A stretch of 64,000 nucleotides of DNA from Glycera tridactyla (Eukaryota). A model generated the notes under the pieces. That model worked only from the letters and a program-made list of their open reading frames with translations. It was not told the DNA's origin and searched no databases. A program made the position numbers and the translations under genes. Positions 36,843 through 52,184 of this stretch are shown one piece after another. Where the stretch lies: positions 27,962,001 to 28,026,000 of the forward strand of contig OZ286472.1 in assembly GCA_965644265.1 (NCBI GenBank), written 5' to 3'. How positions within the stretch are numbered: the stretch's first letter is position 1; every line of letters starts with the position of its first letter.

Positions 36843-39800
36843 CATTTCTTGTCTCAATCCCAAGTGGTTTATACATCAAAGGTCTAAATGGACTAGCCCA
36901 TCTGCAATGGTATTAGTAGCAATAGATTCTGCATGGGCAAACAATGTTTTTTGAAGAGGGAAATCCAAATCATGAGATGACGATTAGTTGCATTGAAAGG
37001 CGATTGAATGTGCCAAAGTCCAAATACTAGCTCAAAATCATCAATGTCATGATAAATGGTGGATGGGCGGGTACAGTGATAACTCTTGGGCCTGATGGGA
37101 GGCGCGGTACCACGTCATATTTGCAGACATTGCTTTGAGTGCCGATGAGAATCCTATTGCAGGCAAGACACTTGCCACCATTGCTTCGTTGAACAGGGGC
37201 CCTTCTGCTACAGCCAATACAGTAGTACTTCAAGTGTTTGTTTAGTTCGTCTGTAGTTGGGCGCTCGAACCCATCCAGTCAGTCTGCGGGCAGTCTGGAG
37301 AGCACTTGAAAGCCATCGTCACCCAAATGCCCATAGCAAATAAATCCTCCACAGATCGAGGCTCAATCACAAAACAATCTGCTCCCCACAATAGCTGTTT
37401 ATCCATTCCCATCAATTTTGAAAGGATCTCACCGCATGTGTTGGATCAGTCAAGGAAAGATACAGGTGTGGAGGATCATGTGAATTCTCGAAGATCAGAC
37501 AGGATCATGTATAGACCTGAAAGTTATTTCCCAATAAGTCTCTTCAATTCGGTCAAAAATCAGTGGCCTGGCACAGAACGAGAGTACATGGCTTTTTCGA
37601 AGACAAAATAGGCATTCAGTAACTACTGTCATTAAATCTTGAAATCATATCCTAAACATCATGAAAAATTACCTTAATGACCAAAATCAAATGGTTTTCA
37701 ATGAAAGATGAATGAAAGCATCCTTATGGGGTAAGTTTCCAGGTACATTCAAATACATGAAGATCAGCCACAATTTGTGTACATCTTCACGGAGATATGG
37801 TCATTCATTCTTATCCCCAGATGAGTTCATATACTTTATTCTCAATGGTGCCCGCATTGGTGAAAACACCTAACTGTAGAAGAAGAAAACCATCTCTAAC
37901 CATGGAACTGAGGCAGAGCCATCACAACATTCAAGGTAAGTGAAACTCTAACACCAGTCCCACCTAATAAGTATTGCGATTTTCACAAATAGAAACTTTC
38001 ATTTTTCATGAGATGACTACTTTCTGATGAATGTGATGAACCTAACTGAGGGACAATTTTCTGACCATCTGCCAAATCAGTCTAGCATTGAGAACCTCTT
38101 CAAGGACTACCTCTATCTTGATACTGAACAATTCACCTTATCCTTCCCACCTGAATTCTCCACTCATTTCACATAAACATAAGCTCACAAGTGGGTAGTT
38201 GTGAAAGTCTATTCCAAAACTGGATACGAATTGGGGTGATAGCAACTTGACAGTTTATGTGTGGTGGTAATCAGTGAAACCACAGGATTTACTATCGGTG
38301 CTCTCCGTCAAGGTGTGAAGTAACTAACTCAAATACCGCTCTGGAGTTATTGTCCATACATTTTTAAGGTCATGGCATGAGTGATGTTTCATACATAAAA
38401 TCAATTAAACAATGAATACAAAGTTTTGCACCAGTCCATGGGCATGACATTAATATTTCTGCATACATCAATGTATCCCATTAATCGTTTGCAGCTATCA
38501 TAGATTGATTACTAGAAAGCCTTCATAGACTTCTCATCATCTCAATCATATAGATGTGCTGAGACTGTCAATCACATCTCCTGTGCTACATGGAATTAAA
38601 CATTACATGAATATTACAGTGAATGTGTAATGGAATATGTGAAAATTCCAGCTTTGGGCAATAGACAGAACGGGTGAATAATGCAAGATTTCATGACTTC
38701 TACATTCAAAAAATTACAATGATATCCATTCGTTATGTGCAATTTTTGAGGCAAATCTTCACCACAGATCCATCAAGATATGATACATCACATGAGCTGG
38801 CTCAAAACAATCAAAATCACACTAGGTATATGTAGGAGGTGATCATATTATTCTCCTTGTGGTGAAGATTGATAATATGAGAGATTTTCCCTGCATGTTG
38901 ATGCTCGAACAATTGACATAGGATTTCAAGAGATATGCATGAAATACAAATTCTATGTTGATGCTGTCCTGGGAATGAATAAAAGGCTAGAAAATAACAC
39001 TGCACAAGGAAGTCTAGTCCACCTTTGAACTATACCACATTCATGACAATTTCAAGGGGCATATAAGGCATGGAAATCAGTTTCTATCTAAGGGTTAGAG
39101 GTGTCATCTTTATTTCCCCCAAATATGACAGAGGGCAATTATATACATATTAAAGACAACTGAAGGGAGTAACTGATACTGATCAAATATTCAATATTAG
39201 GATTTGCGCCAAACGTTTGTATTTTCTTTTCTGTACTAAATCCTTATTATATACGATCATTTTGTTCAAGCCTACATCATATATTTAAATGTCTTTATAT
39301 TAGGGAAAATTTATGATACGACTGGTTTGAATTATCAATAAAAATTATCATCATTATCCATAAAAAAAGTAAATGCTCACACTGATTTGTTTTGTCATTT
39401 TATAAAGACCAATTATAAATTATTTGGCATAATGAGAGAGGCAGAAGCATTTATAAAGATCTATATACATCTGAAAATTATTGCTTTGAAAAATAGATAT
39501 ATGATAGCAGAAAACACACACCAAATGACACAAACAAAATGGAGACAAAAAGACCACCTTCAATGGATTTTCAAAAATATAGCTGAGTACAACAACATAG
39601 AAGAAAATTAGAATTGGGGAAACAAAAGGCACATAGTGTGAAGCTGCGGCCAAGTTGTCATCTTCCCATGTAATGAAGGTCCATTATATGCTATGTTTAA
39701 TGTAGTTACTCAGATAAAACATGGACCTATGAGAATGATCTCATGAAAAATCTCTCAAGTTACAAGGTTCATTGAGCTGAGGTCAGTGAAGTTGACGTAG

Positions 39801-42800
39801 CATATTTTCTGAATCAGATAATATAAGTTCAATTTTTATACACAGGCATGTTAGATAACTCTAGATAATAGGGTATGGTGCAATCTCATATATTTTCATT
39901 GGGGAAATCTGCAACGCCTCATGCGTTTGATCTGGAAGGTTTATATCTAACAATTATGACATGTTTCCATGTTCAGTTTGATTAAACAATGTATTTGCAT
40001 TTTGCCTCGGGCTATATGAGTTGGCAGGACCAATATTGAGTGATATGTCAAGTTCAAACAAAAATTCATAATCTAATACCTCATATAAATCACAAAAGAT
40101 CAAATGTCAAATAATTCACAAGGTCCTAAAATCAATCAAAGTCACAAATGTCTGATTTCATTGAATTTGGTTAGGATAACAGATAGCTGAAATCATACTT
40201 ACAAGTGACAATTTAGCACCCAAGGTTCCATCCTATGTATTTTTTAATTGATTCGAATTGTTTCAGGTACAGGGGAAGACAAGACTTTGGACACACCAAC
40301 AGACACCACGTTTGGTCGCGCTATCAATTATCACAGCCAGAGGTTTCGAACTCTTTGAAAGATCACCCCATAGAATTCACAATATTTCATCGCCTTTATT
40401 AGATTTATGTAAATCATGCCACATCCTCATGCCTCCTCATGGCCTAGATAAAGCCCGTTATACTTAAGTTTATGGTATCCAACTATCAATGTGATGTTCT
40501 TGTATATATGTGGAAGTTGGTGAACATGCCTCGAGCAAAGAAAATCCATCAACACAATATGCATTTATTGCTTTTAAAAGTTCCTACCATTGGTGTTATC
40601 TGTTGAGATTCATGAAGTGGCCATTACCTCTAACTGTATCAAGCAGATGTATCTCAATCATTATCAGATATTACACTAGTGATGATCAATACGGAAACCG
40701 ATATCAATAATCATGACAATGGGGCATGATAATTCCCAATCAAATCATTTAATTCAGCTCTGTCTTTGTACTGTGTGAATAAGGATACAGCAAATAAAAT
40801 GCACAGGTGTCTCCAGCACTAGAAGTCTACAAGTATGAAATTTGGTCCTACAACATCTATATAGTGATGGTAATGTCATGTGTGTGATACGTTCACAACA
40901 CAGAATACAACATTGCTGATTGCCAACACAAAAAATACACTGCATGTGCAAGGCAAGTCTCATGAGGCATAAATGGTGATGGGTTGATTTGTCAGATTCA
41001 AATGCAAAACTGACATACCAAACAGGTAATGGCCACTTCACGAGGTTCCGTTTTGGACAACTTATAACTGTATATGAAAAGGACAAATTGTTTTGATTCA
41101 ATAGAGCCTAGCAGGAATGGTTGTCTGTCCTCTAATCATTCGATCTTACTAGCATTTAGCATTTTTCTTCTGACTGCATTGATTTTATGTGAAGAATTCA
41201 TCCCAATATTGACAATGTATCGATGATAGTCATAAGATAACATTAGTGGAGAGCGGGCAACATGGAAAAGAAAGGACGGTATTATATATGTAATAAATAC
41301 TGATACTTAAGATGGAGACCAGCAATAGGGTACATAGCACATATGTAGTCTTAATGCTCATCAACTGCCATGCATCAAGTCTATGTACTGGTCCCTTTAC
41401 TTTTTTGTACCAAGACTGGTTACTAGGAAATATCTGATCGATGTCATACAATTATGATTATTCAATATATCTGAATACTTTCCTGACCCATAATGTCTAT
41501 GATGTTCATATAAGTACAAATAGGAGCATGTTTGGTACAAGTATAATGCACTTTTCATAATTCTCAAACTGGAATTCTCTCAACAAAATAGACATTCAGT
41601 GATAGATTTCATATAAAAATATGATTACACTTAAAGTGGTTATGACTGCATATCATATATATCTTTTGAAGACAAGATATTTCTCAGCAAAATATAAAAA
41701 AGACATATTGCCGATTGTTGTTAACTTCCCTGTAGAGTTTCTAGAGAGTGTGATACAGGAGTGTCAAACTTTCAATGTTTAGTCCTTACAAATATGACAT
41801 TTCCATTAAGACAGAAAACTGGCAATAATATCCTACTATGAACATTTATAATATTCTCGTCAGAACTCATAAAAGAATGGCATCCATTTTTCATGGGTGA
41901 TATAAATCCTCAAAATGAATAGAATAGTTTGCATGATTAAGATGCACTCATATCATCCATGAATCATGTTTCATACATTGGGAGATGATGGGCTAAGACC
42001 ATGCTGGACTCCCCACAACGAATAAACATTACCACAATTCAGCTCAAAATCAACTCATCAGATATATCAAGTCCAGGCTATTTCTGCATGTTTCATTCAA
42101 GAAATACAACACAATGATCACCAGGAAATGAAAAACTCAACAAAAGTGGAGATTCCTCATATGAAGTGAATTGAGAGCAAGAATTGGCACTCTGTTAAAT
42201 TTTGAACAATGATGCTCTAACAAACTGTTATGTGTAATCATATTTTTACAGAAAATGCATATGCATTATGAGAAATTGTAATACTTCTGTTGGACCATAA
42301 ACACCCAAATTAATCAGGTTGATAAATATATGGTCCATAAAAGGAATCTTTCGATAAAATCCACATCCTGCTTGACTGGTGATGAGTTGTAAACAGAATG
42401 GTGCATTATTCAACCAAGTAAGATATACTGAGGGAACATAGGATTCCAATCACTTACATAGCAGCCTTCCATGAAAACCTGGCACATGTGATAGTGGCAT
42501 ACAAACATCATTTACGACTACGTACCAAAGTCAATTCGGAAGACTGTTTAGGCAAATACGATATGTACTTGCATCTTAGGATTTTTTAAATTTTTATATA
42601 TTGCATAGACGAGTGTCCCATCCATCATGCTTCAACAGCTGTTCATCAAGAAACTGATGTTTTTCTCCCATACCCTATTAAAATTATTGGCATCAGAGGT
42701 AAGAAGTTAGAATATTGAGGGGAAATAATACGTCACATGATACCCGTGAGAGATGGTATATCATTTAGAAAAATCGTGAATTTGGTTTGAATCTCAATGT

Positions 42801-45800
42801 ATATCCTATTGATTATCTCTGGAGGGTTGATCCCATGGCCTATCAGTAGATAGTACTTGCTACTCAAGCTGAAGCTCTTGCTAAATAAAGGCAAGATATT
42901 CAATTGAAAGAAGTAAATTATCAGAAGCATGACACACATATGATAGAATGTCAGTGTTTGCATGATACTTATATAAACTTATGATTGCATATCAAGGAAT
43001 CGAACAGAATTTTTGAAGAGCTTGGCAGCTTTTATGTCAGAATCAGTAACATATTAACTGAGATAAAATATATAAATTCTAATGTCTGAGAGATTGGACT
43101 GACAGATCAGCACACCCTATCAAAAATAGCATTTGAATTTTCTCAAGAATTTCAGATATATAAGTGGATAAGAAAATGATGAAAGGTATTTGAGTATATT
43201 CATAACTGTTGATGTCTATAATATTGTGATACTCCATTCTCGTCAAACTTTGCACAGGTAAACCCTGTCAAATTCAGTTATTCACTTCATGTTGAGGCAC
43301 CCAAACAAAGTAAAAAGAACTCATACATATTTTGGATATGGAGGTGAACAAGATCTCTTTTGGTGTATAGACTAAGGTGCAAATCTATATCAAATCATGT
43401 TATTCAAAAAATGCACACAACTATTCTGGATTTTCATGGAATAATCTAAAACATAAGTTTTTGATTTAGTCAGATTATAAGGTACCCCATATCATCGATC
43501 ACCATAATATAAAAGCCTACTCAAAATACAGAGAATCACATTCACAGGATTAGGACACTGAAATGAAAAGATCAATCGCTTATGTAAAAAGATTGTAATA
43601 GAGTCTAAAAATTATACTTTGATTCTTCAGCTGACTACTGTACATTTCACTTAAGCAGCTTTATCACTATATGAAGTCAATGCGTACTCCATCTAGTGTG
43701 ATAGACCAACAAAAGTTACTAGAAGGAGCAAATTCTTGATGAACAGCTATTTCAAAGCAATGGCACTTAGAGAATATATGAGCACTGTCAAAGAAACTGG
43801 CATAGCTTTAGTCATGAATGACTTTGGTGAAAATACAATTACCTGGAAGTTTTGCAGTGAGAGCTAAAGCAGCCATTGTACGCAATTCAGGAGAATTCAG
43901 AAAATATTGAATAATATAGTATTAGGTAGAACCAGAAACAATACCCAAACATTAACCCCTCAATGTAGATACTGCAATTCATTTACTGCCTGCTATCAAA
44001 AAGGAATCACCTTTGTCCATCGATCACAAACTTACACCATTCACTAATTTGCACCACAAGAAGGTGAATGTTGTGAATAGTTGACAGATGGAGGACAATT
44101 GTCGTTATAAGCTAGCATGCAGCTGACAAATGTAGAATCACACGAGGGGCATGAAATACCATAAACTCTAGAGTCTTCCTAACTAAGGCCGAATATATGT
44201 CATGTTTATTCTCTGAATTTGACTAACTCACCATATATGTTACAACTGTGAAGCAGGATGATAGGTATCAACATTTCATGAGTGACAAATTCACAAGTTG
44301 TGTGCAGAATACGATGATAGGTAAGCATGTTTGACTGGTGACCTACTCCAATTTGTGACCTACATGACCTATATTTACAGTGACCTACTTCGGTGACTTC
44401 CTAAATAGAATTGTCCCGGAATTGCAGCTGAAATTGGGCATGCAATTTGATTGATGATAATATATGTGTGAAATACCGATTCCAACATATGACAGCACAC
44501 AGCAAGAGGCAAACGGATTCGTAGTCCCACCAGAGTCACACCAGAGAAACAGACAGGTTAGTCATTAGAAGGGATCATAGTCATCAGTCAAAACCCCTGC
44601 AGGGAAACCAGCACCCACATATCACATTCCTGAGAAGCCCTCAAGACATTTCAGCCATAGCCTACACTCGTGGGGTGGGAGAAGCCAACAAGGATGGCTG
44701 AAATGGAGCAGAGTGAAAACAAACTTCTCAGATATGCAGGAGAGTAAGCAACAGTCTGGTCAGTAAATAGTCGAGTGAGGACAAATCCAAGGTGAAGATT
44801 TTATGTGCTGTATATCAGTGACCCATTCATCGGTAAGCTAATCTTAGTGCTATCATCAATGTGATTTCAAATGAAAGTGTTTCAACAAAGTCATCATCAA
44901 ACTGTTTATAGTAAATACATTTCAGCGGTGAAAGCATTCCAATCCAAATTGTGAGGTATGGTATCAACATTACATTGGTCAACACTTATCACCTGATTCT
45001 AGATTCATTGGTGCCCGACTTCTCCAAACCTTGTAATGATTATCGAACCTGAATTCAAGTATTCAGAGCCAGTAAAAGCAATGTGATGTGAATGCTATGC
45101 ACCAATAAATATTTCATGAACTCAACCACATACTTGTCATGTCGGAGTTGAGCATATTATTGAACTTCATCAAAATCAAATGTCTAGTGACCACAGGAAT
45201 GACCAGAAGCCATTAGAGAGTTTCCTCTCAACTGTCTCAAATACTGATAGGATGGGAGACATGTGACAGATTTATATTCGAAGAACTTCCCTAATTTCTC
45301 AAAAATAGAATGCCAGAGTATAAAGTAAGGTCTTAGAAAAAACAGTTGTTAGCTTGGGAAAATCTTCAAGTCAACAGTGATCATGTCATTTAATGACAGC
45401 AAGTTATTAACACATATATTTTCTCATCTAGATTCTTCAATTGCAGCAATGCACGAAGCAGTTCAATAGTATCTGTGCATTCATACAAATTCATACATGG
45501 TCACTCATAGCCAATGTCTGATAGTATATAAGTATATTGTGTATAGCGTGTGAAGCTCAATAGCAATCTGGTGATGTTACAACATTTTCTTCTGCAAGTA
45601 CTCAAGTCATGAGGATGATTGTTCCATCCACTATGAGCAATCATATGTCTGGCTATGTTAAGTGATGAATGAGTCAGAATTTGAGCACAGAGATCAAAGA
45701 GTAACCAAAAAACACAGAGTCGGAAACAGAACAAAAGAGAGTGTAACCAAGGTAATTATTCTAACAACTGTGATAGAATTAGTAGCCATCGTCACAACAA

Positions 45801-48800
45801 ACTCATATACACTGGCAAACTTCAGTAACATAACAGCAAACTTCATCAGCTCAGCTGAAATAATCCAAACATTCATATATAATATCTGCAAGAAATTTAT
45901 ATGTGGTTGCACTCAAGGAGAAATACCATGAAACATGGACAATGCGCCAAGGGATTATACTGACATATAGTTGAACTAATTGTTCCAGCTGATAACCAAG
46001 GGCTCAAACAGAAGGACAGAGTTTATAGTAGCAGATAAGAGATTGAACATTTTACCTGGTAGAGATTCTCTATTGGTGTCTTTATGGTTCTATGACTGCA
46101 CATCTATGCTCTACATATGATTGGCATTAAATTAAACTCATTCCAATCCATTCCTCAGAAAGCAAATTATCAATTTGTCATGGTGACAGCATTACATGAC
46201 GGACACATCCCAAAATAATTTTTCAGAGATCAAATCACTGATTTGTCATGGTCAAACCATTAAGTTTAGGACACATCTGAAACCAATGAATTTCTAGCAA
46301 GAGTGAAACAGATCTCAAGCTACATATTCCACATCTAATCAATCAAAGCCATTCGTGTTCCTAATTGCATGTGAAGAAGCTCTTTCATGAAAGTTTCAGA
46401 GGTATTTCAGCAGTCAAGTCCCAAATAGAAATAATCCATAAGAATAGATATTGTCTCCAAGTGTCAACAAAGACAAACTAAGCAATTGTATCACCATGAA
46501 CTCCATCAAAGTGTACTACACTCTTAATTTTTGTTTGCTTAGGCTTCTGTCGATCATGCCTCATGGCAAATACATACCAAATGGTGATGGCGTTGTTCCC
46601 ACTTGAAATCAATTTACATATATATTAGTTCAGAAATTGCTTTGGTGAATGTCGTCCTAATCTCAGAGTTGGTTATTTGTCAATGTTTGGAATATTTGTC
46701 AATGAGGAATCGTCCAATTATTGCTCTGACGAGATATAGAGATAGAACAACTCTATTCAAAGTAGAATCTTTAAACCTCAAGAAGAAAGAGTCCATCGTT
46801 AGAAAACTGCAGCATGGATCTTATTCACCTGCACTTCCAGTTGCAAAGCACCTGTCTTAATCCCCATTTCTCCCTTTCGCACGGTGGACCATCCATTCTC
46901 ATTATTAGGCTTAGGTGTTGATAGGACAGCAATAAAATGCTGGCCATCATAGAATGATCATGATCATTTTAGATCCTTGGACTGACAAATGTATGATGAA
47001 ATATAGTTTTACCCAATATTCGAATGCTTTATCTGGAATGCCAATATATCACTGATTGATAAATCACGGATTGACTGCAGGAGTTTAATGAAATCATCTG
47101 ATTTCAAACCATATCACTGATCAATGAAGTCAAATATACAATCATTCTCGTACACAATATATATATATTTCTCTGATCAACACTCTTTGACAATTTATGA
47201 ATTACTATTCACACAGCAGCTACATTGAGTTGTTTATGGGATCCCCAGGTTACCTCCACATCTGCCACAGACTGACTAGTAGAGTGGTTCCTACAGAATA
47301 TAATCCCTCACATGAATAAATGTATACATCAAATAAATGAAAAATGAAGTAAGAAGAAGGGTCTCAGAGGAATTGTAAAAAAGCAATGCAAATTAATAAC
47401 AAAACAAACTGGACGAAAGGAGTTGTCTTTGCTGTCAGTTGAAACATCATCAACTCTAACTTCTCAAGCCAGGGAAACTTCATGAGGGGGATGTTCATGG
47501 TATATCATCAGGGATGGGAAACAATAAGCCAAGGGTAGGACGGGTAGTTATGGCATGGCAGTAAATGGTTCCAGGCGTGCAGGCAACATTAATCCCTTTC
47601 CAATGTAGCAGACATTGACACTGCCCCCCTCACTCCAACTTCCTAGTCACAAGACACAGTTCGCAAATACAGGTCATTTCGAGATAATCTGTGACATTTT
47701 GAGACAAATTGCTCAAGTATTTTGTTCATATGTGAAACAAAACAAATACCAGCTAAGCTTGAAAGTGACCTGAAATCATCTCATCATTTTATCTTTAAAC
47801 TGATACCAATTTCGAACTGGGGACTGGTGAGCTAATAGGGAAAATGTTTGCCGAATCCCCTACAAAATATTACTTTTCTTAAAGTGTGTCGAAAAAGAAT
47901 GGTGATCCTGTTCCCATTACAGAACATTCATGATTGTTAGCCTTGACTGGACACCCTGCTGGTACACAAGATTCAGGAATCTGTTTAGGTCCTGGTTATA
48001 GGTGAGTACAACTCAAGATTATCATCAGAGCTTGTGATTGCTATGTAGTAAACCACATCAATCAATATCTTGGCCTATTTTCAGTGCATGTGTGCTTCAG
48101 GAAATATGCCAATATATGAAACTTAAAGTTGGTCTGATAGCGACTCAATATCACTCACAAATTATCCTGAGTTCATTGAAACTAAGTTTCGCAACATACA
48201 AGAAGACTGCGAGTCTTATAGGTCTCAGACTGGTCTGGCTTTGAATGCATAAAGACTGGCTCAACTGAGTCAAGGTCATATACATCTCATAAAATGTACA
48301 CCGCATTTGGGTGTTCTAGATTATGTAGGCTATGTGCTACATGCAATCATTTGTGCACCGATACACAATAATATCTGTCCATCATTTAAATTTATAAGCA
48401 GCATGGGTTCATGATGGAACACTGACATAACTAGCTCTCATTTGGGTATCTTTTGAAGAATGGAAGTTTCTTGCTGACCCGTCGTAGAGATTTAGCGCAT
48501 TTCAGAAGAGCAACAAGATAATACCAAAAGCTGTCACTCCCTAATCAATAATGTACAGCTGCGAGATACCTCACCCAAAATGGAGATGGTGTTATTCTAA
48601 TTTTGGTAAGACTGTCATAAAGCAACTCCGGGTCTTTGATCCATTACTACCCTCATTGTGAACCACGTTACAGCAAGCTACCATTTGGAATCCTCTGATA
48701 TTATACTATGCATCATATCAAATCAATGAGAAACAACCAAATCTCACAGACAGTGGAAAAGAAGCTACGACCTTTGTTGGGTGAATATCTTTACCGTATC

Positions 48801-51800
48801 TCATTGAGATGTCACCTGCATGGGCTTCATTAGGCCAAACGCTGAGTCTAATACCAAGGCAATTTTCGTTCTTGTATGATAGTGATTTTCTTCAAGACCA
48901 TAGCACTAATATTGAATAGCACAAGTGGAAGCACCTCTTTTTTCCAAATACTTCGATGTGCAATGCCTGCCAACATTGGCTTGGTTCATGATGTCACCTG
49001 CACCAGTTAGGGGGGACGTCAACAGAAGCACCTCTTGAAACAGGTTCCATGCCACTTACTGGTCAAAAGCAATGAAACATTGTATACGCCCTGGGCTGAC
49101 AAAGGGAGAGGAGAGACACATATGCATCAATATCAGTTAGAAATGGGGTACTTGACCCCCACTACCAACCACCACTCAATCACTCCAATTTTGTGAAGAA
49201 CGATGAATAGGAAAAGGTGATGGTATTGCATATAAAAATGTCCATGTGAGAAAGATGATGGAAACTTTATCATGATCAGTCATGTGGATATATGCAATGA
49301 TATAATTCCTGTCATTGATAACAGGTATATGACTGTTTGTCAGAATAATCAGCCAACAGATTTTCAGAGAGATACTTTAAGTAGGATGTATCTACGAGAA
49401 AACACATGAAAGACCAAATGTTTTGACTGATGCATTATCCATCAAAAGGTGCATTTCGACACATATATTACAAATACGGTGCAAATGTTCTTCACAAGAC
49501 CAGAGCGTTTTGAGGATGGTGTTTTTGGATGAGTTATGAATGATCAGTGGGGCTGGCCGGAATATTTAGAAATGTCAGTCACGCTGTGCAAGACAACGTG
49601 GTGTTGTTGACGCAGGGACAAGCTGAAAATATATAGGCGATCATTCAGCAACACGAAATCAATGTCTTCTTCGTGTCTGCACTGCCCACAAACAACTCAG
49701 ATATACACCACTAAGACAGATCACCAACCCTATGCACTCCGGTCAACCACATGAAAGTCTTTGCTATTGGCAAGCGAGACCACCCTCAACCCATGCTGAG
49801 AAAGTTGAGTATAATAAGTTCATGCAGCATTGATTTCTGTTATGTCTTGCACATTAATGCTAAAGAGGCTGTTGCATCCCAAATCGGAATATTTTCATCT
49901 CATCATATCCATGCATAATTTCCTTGACAGAGGAGAATCTAAAGGCCTTTGACACACTTGGGACATGGTGTATGGCATACCATGGGATGAGAGACCATTT
50001 TTAGAGAGCAGAAAGAACAAGCTGATCTGCCGAAATTTGGCAAGTTCAAAATGATTTTCTGATAGCTACACCTATCCTTTCCATGATAGGTCTCTGAAAT
50101 GACGAATATGTTCAAACTGCTATCATTTTTAACCAGCTGAGCTACTGAGCCAATGCATCTTTTTAAGTATGCTTATATTAGAAATGAGAATGCAAAATGC
50201 AATATATAAGAAATCTCTTGACATCGAAATGTATCGAAGTTGTTCATTGAAAACAACTATACTTGATTTGGTCTCATGAAAATTACAGCATAAATAATCG
50301 TCTGAGTTGATACTTGCCGTTAGATGTCAATTAATCGTATAATAGACAAAGAGAGATCTATTCCTCATCCTTCCGATTCATGAAAAATCAATGGAGATAA
50401 CAAACCCATGGAAATAAAATTGAAACACATGGCACAGAAGAGAGCGATGACCGAAGTGCATAGATAGCCATCAAAGATAATCTTCAGAGAGAAACATCAC
50501 ATTTGTTGTTTCGAAACTGATATCAAACTAACACCAAAGATGGACACTACTACATCTTGTTTGTGGACAGCAGACACGATAGGAATGCAGAATCTTAGAG
50601 ATGGCGCAGAAGACCTTGGAAGTTAGAAATAAAATGGTTCAAAAAAGACATGTCATTAATACTTTTGATTCAAAAATAAGACGTTAAGGTTGCATGCCAC
50701 TTACTCTGACCGGAGGCATTGCCATTGCTACCAAGTCCTGCACGTGAGATGGCTTTCAAATAAATCATAATCTTTTATTTAACGATCGTGCTTGACTTAG
50801 TGTTTAGCATCACGCGAAATTATCAATATACATCAATGACAAACTTTCATAGTGACTTAATACTATGACCAAAATTTTGTTTGTAGCTGCAAATTTCTTC
50901 TACAACAAAAAGAAAAAAAATCATGCACATCAAAATACACAAAGATCTGAAATTGGAACACATAGGGACATAACTAAAATGCAAATAAAAAATGACAAAA
51001 ATATACTGGGTATCATCAAAATTTTGAACTCTCAGATATAAAATTTAGAGAAGAATAAATCAGCCCTAAGTTTCAAATCTACACAGTTCATCTTGAATTT
51101 CTTTTTGCTATTCATTGAACTCTGGTCGGTATCAAAAGCAAAAATTGACAGAAATATCTAACCAGTGATTATGAATAATGGATTTGTATTTGCAATACAT
51201 TTTATTCAACTGGTACATAAAATAGCTACTCAAATTCCTGCCTTTCATAATAAGTTAAGATCATAGATGCATCTGCCTCCACTGCAACTGATCAACTTAG
51301 GAGCATTATTTCCGATTTTGTCCCCCCTTCTATGATTTTGTTGTTCTCCTCATACTGTATGTAACAATGAAAATGGTTTTGATGATATGAATAAGGAGGG
51401 GAATATTAAGGAAATCAAGATGAAAAAATTGAGAACAAGATCATTATTTTGAAATCAGATGGTTTCTGAAAATGTAATTTATACATTTCAATGGTGTATC
51501 ATGAAACATAATTTCATCTAACTACCTCCAATTGTTTGAAATTCGCGTGAAACGTCATTGTTATTACTATCCAAAAAAGTGCTATATTAGTATTGTATCA
51601 GATCACATATGCAATGGAAGCGATGAAGTCATCAAATTTAGTGACTCTGTCTGATAGAAGAATGAACAAGAAATAGATGACCCTTTTCTATGACAACTCC
51701 AATTGTAACTGGTTTCAGAGCTGATGCTATTAGATATGGTTGCGACTAGCAAACTCTTTCACATGCAACTATCACGCTGAGCCTGAATCACACAAGATTT

Positions 51801-52120
51801 CAGCAGAGCAAAAAATCATCCAAATAATTGGATTCAAAAGCTACCTAATCATTTTAACTGCAAATTTCTCTCTTCAACTCATCAGTTTTTGTCAAATATC
51901 TGGAGCAGGTGATAGCCAAAATTTGTAGCAGAGGAAATTAACACTGCAATGTCCACAACAGAAAAATGTATCTTCAACAATAAATCTTTATGGCAAAACA
52001 AGGCAAAGTCATATCACTCTTCTTAGACATCCAATTCAACACAAGAAAATCAGAGAATACATCATCAGGAAATAAATTGATTCAGGATAATTCTTGACAG
52101 GGTATTCTATCTAAATCTCT

Positions 52121-52183
<63 letters not shown>
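52121..52183. repeat. Perfect (CAG)n, about 21 units
   Basis: Seen directly. Confidence 0.97.

Positions 52184-52184
<1 letters not shown>

Noticed and set aside
36393-36863. 156-aa poly-Thr/poly-Leu ORF as a mucin or TM exon
   Set aside because: It is simply the (TAG)n and (GT)n repeats. No good splice sites.
37027-37233. CxxC..CxxC frame as a Helitron RPA-like zinc ribbon
   Set aside because: Short, no other Helitron features, and an overlapping frame fits CUB better.
45501-45931. Hydrophobic ORFs as TM segments
   Set aside because: Antisense-paired ORFs in AT-rich DNA without splice support.
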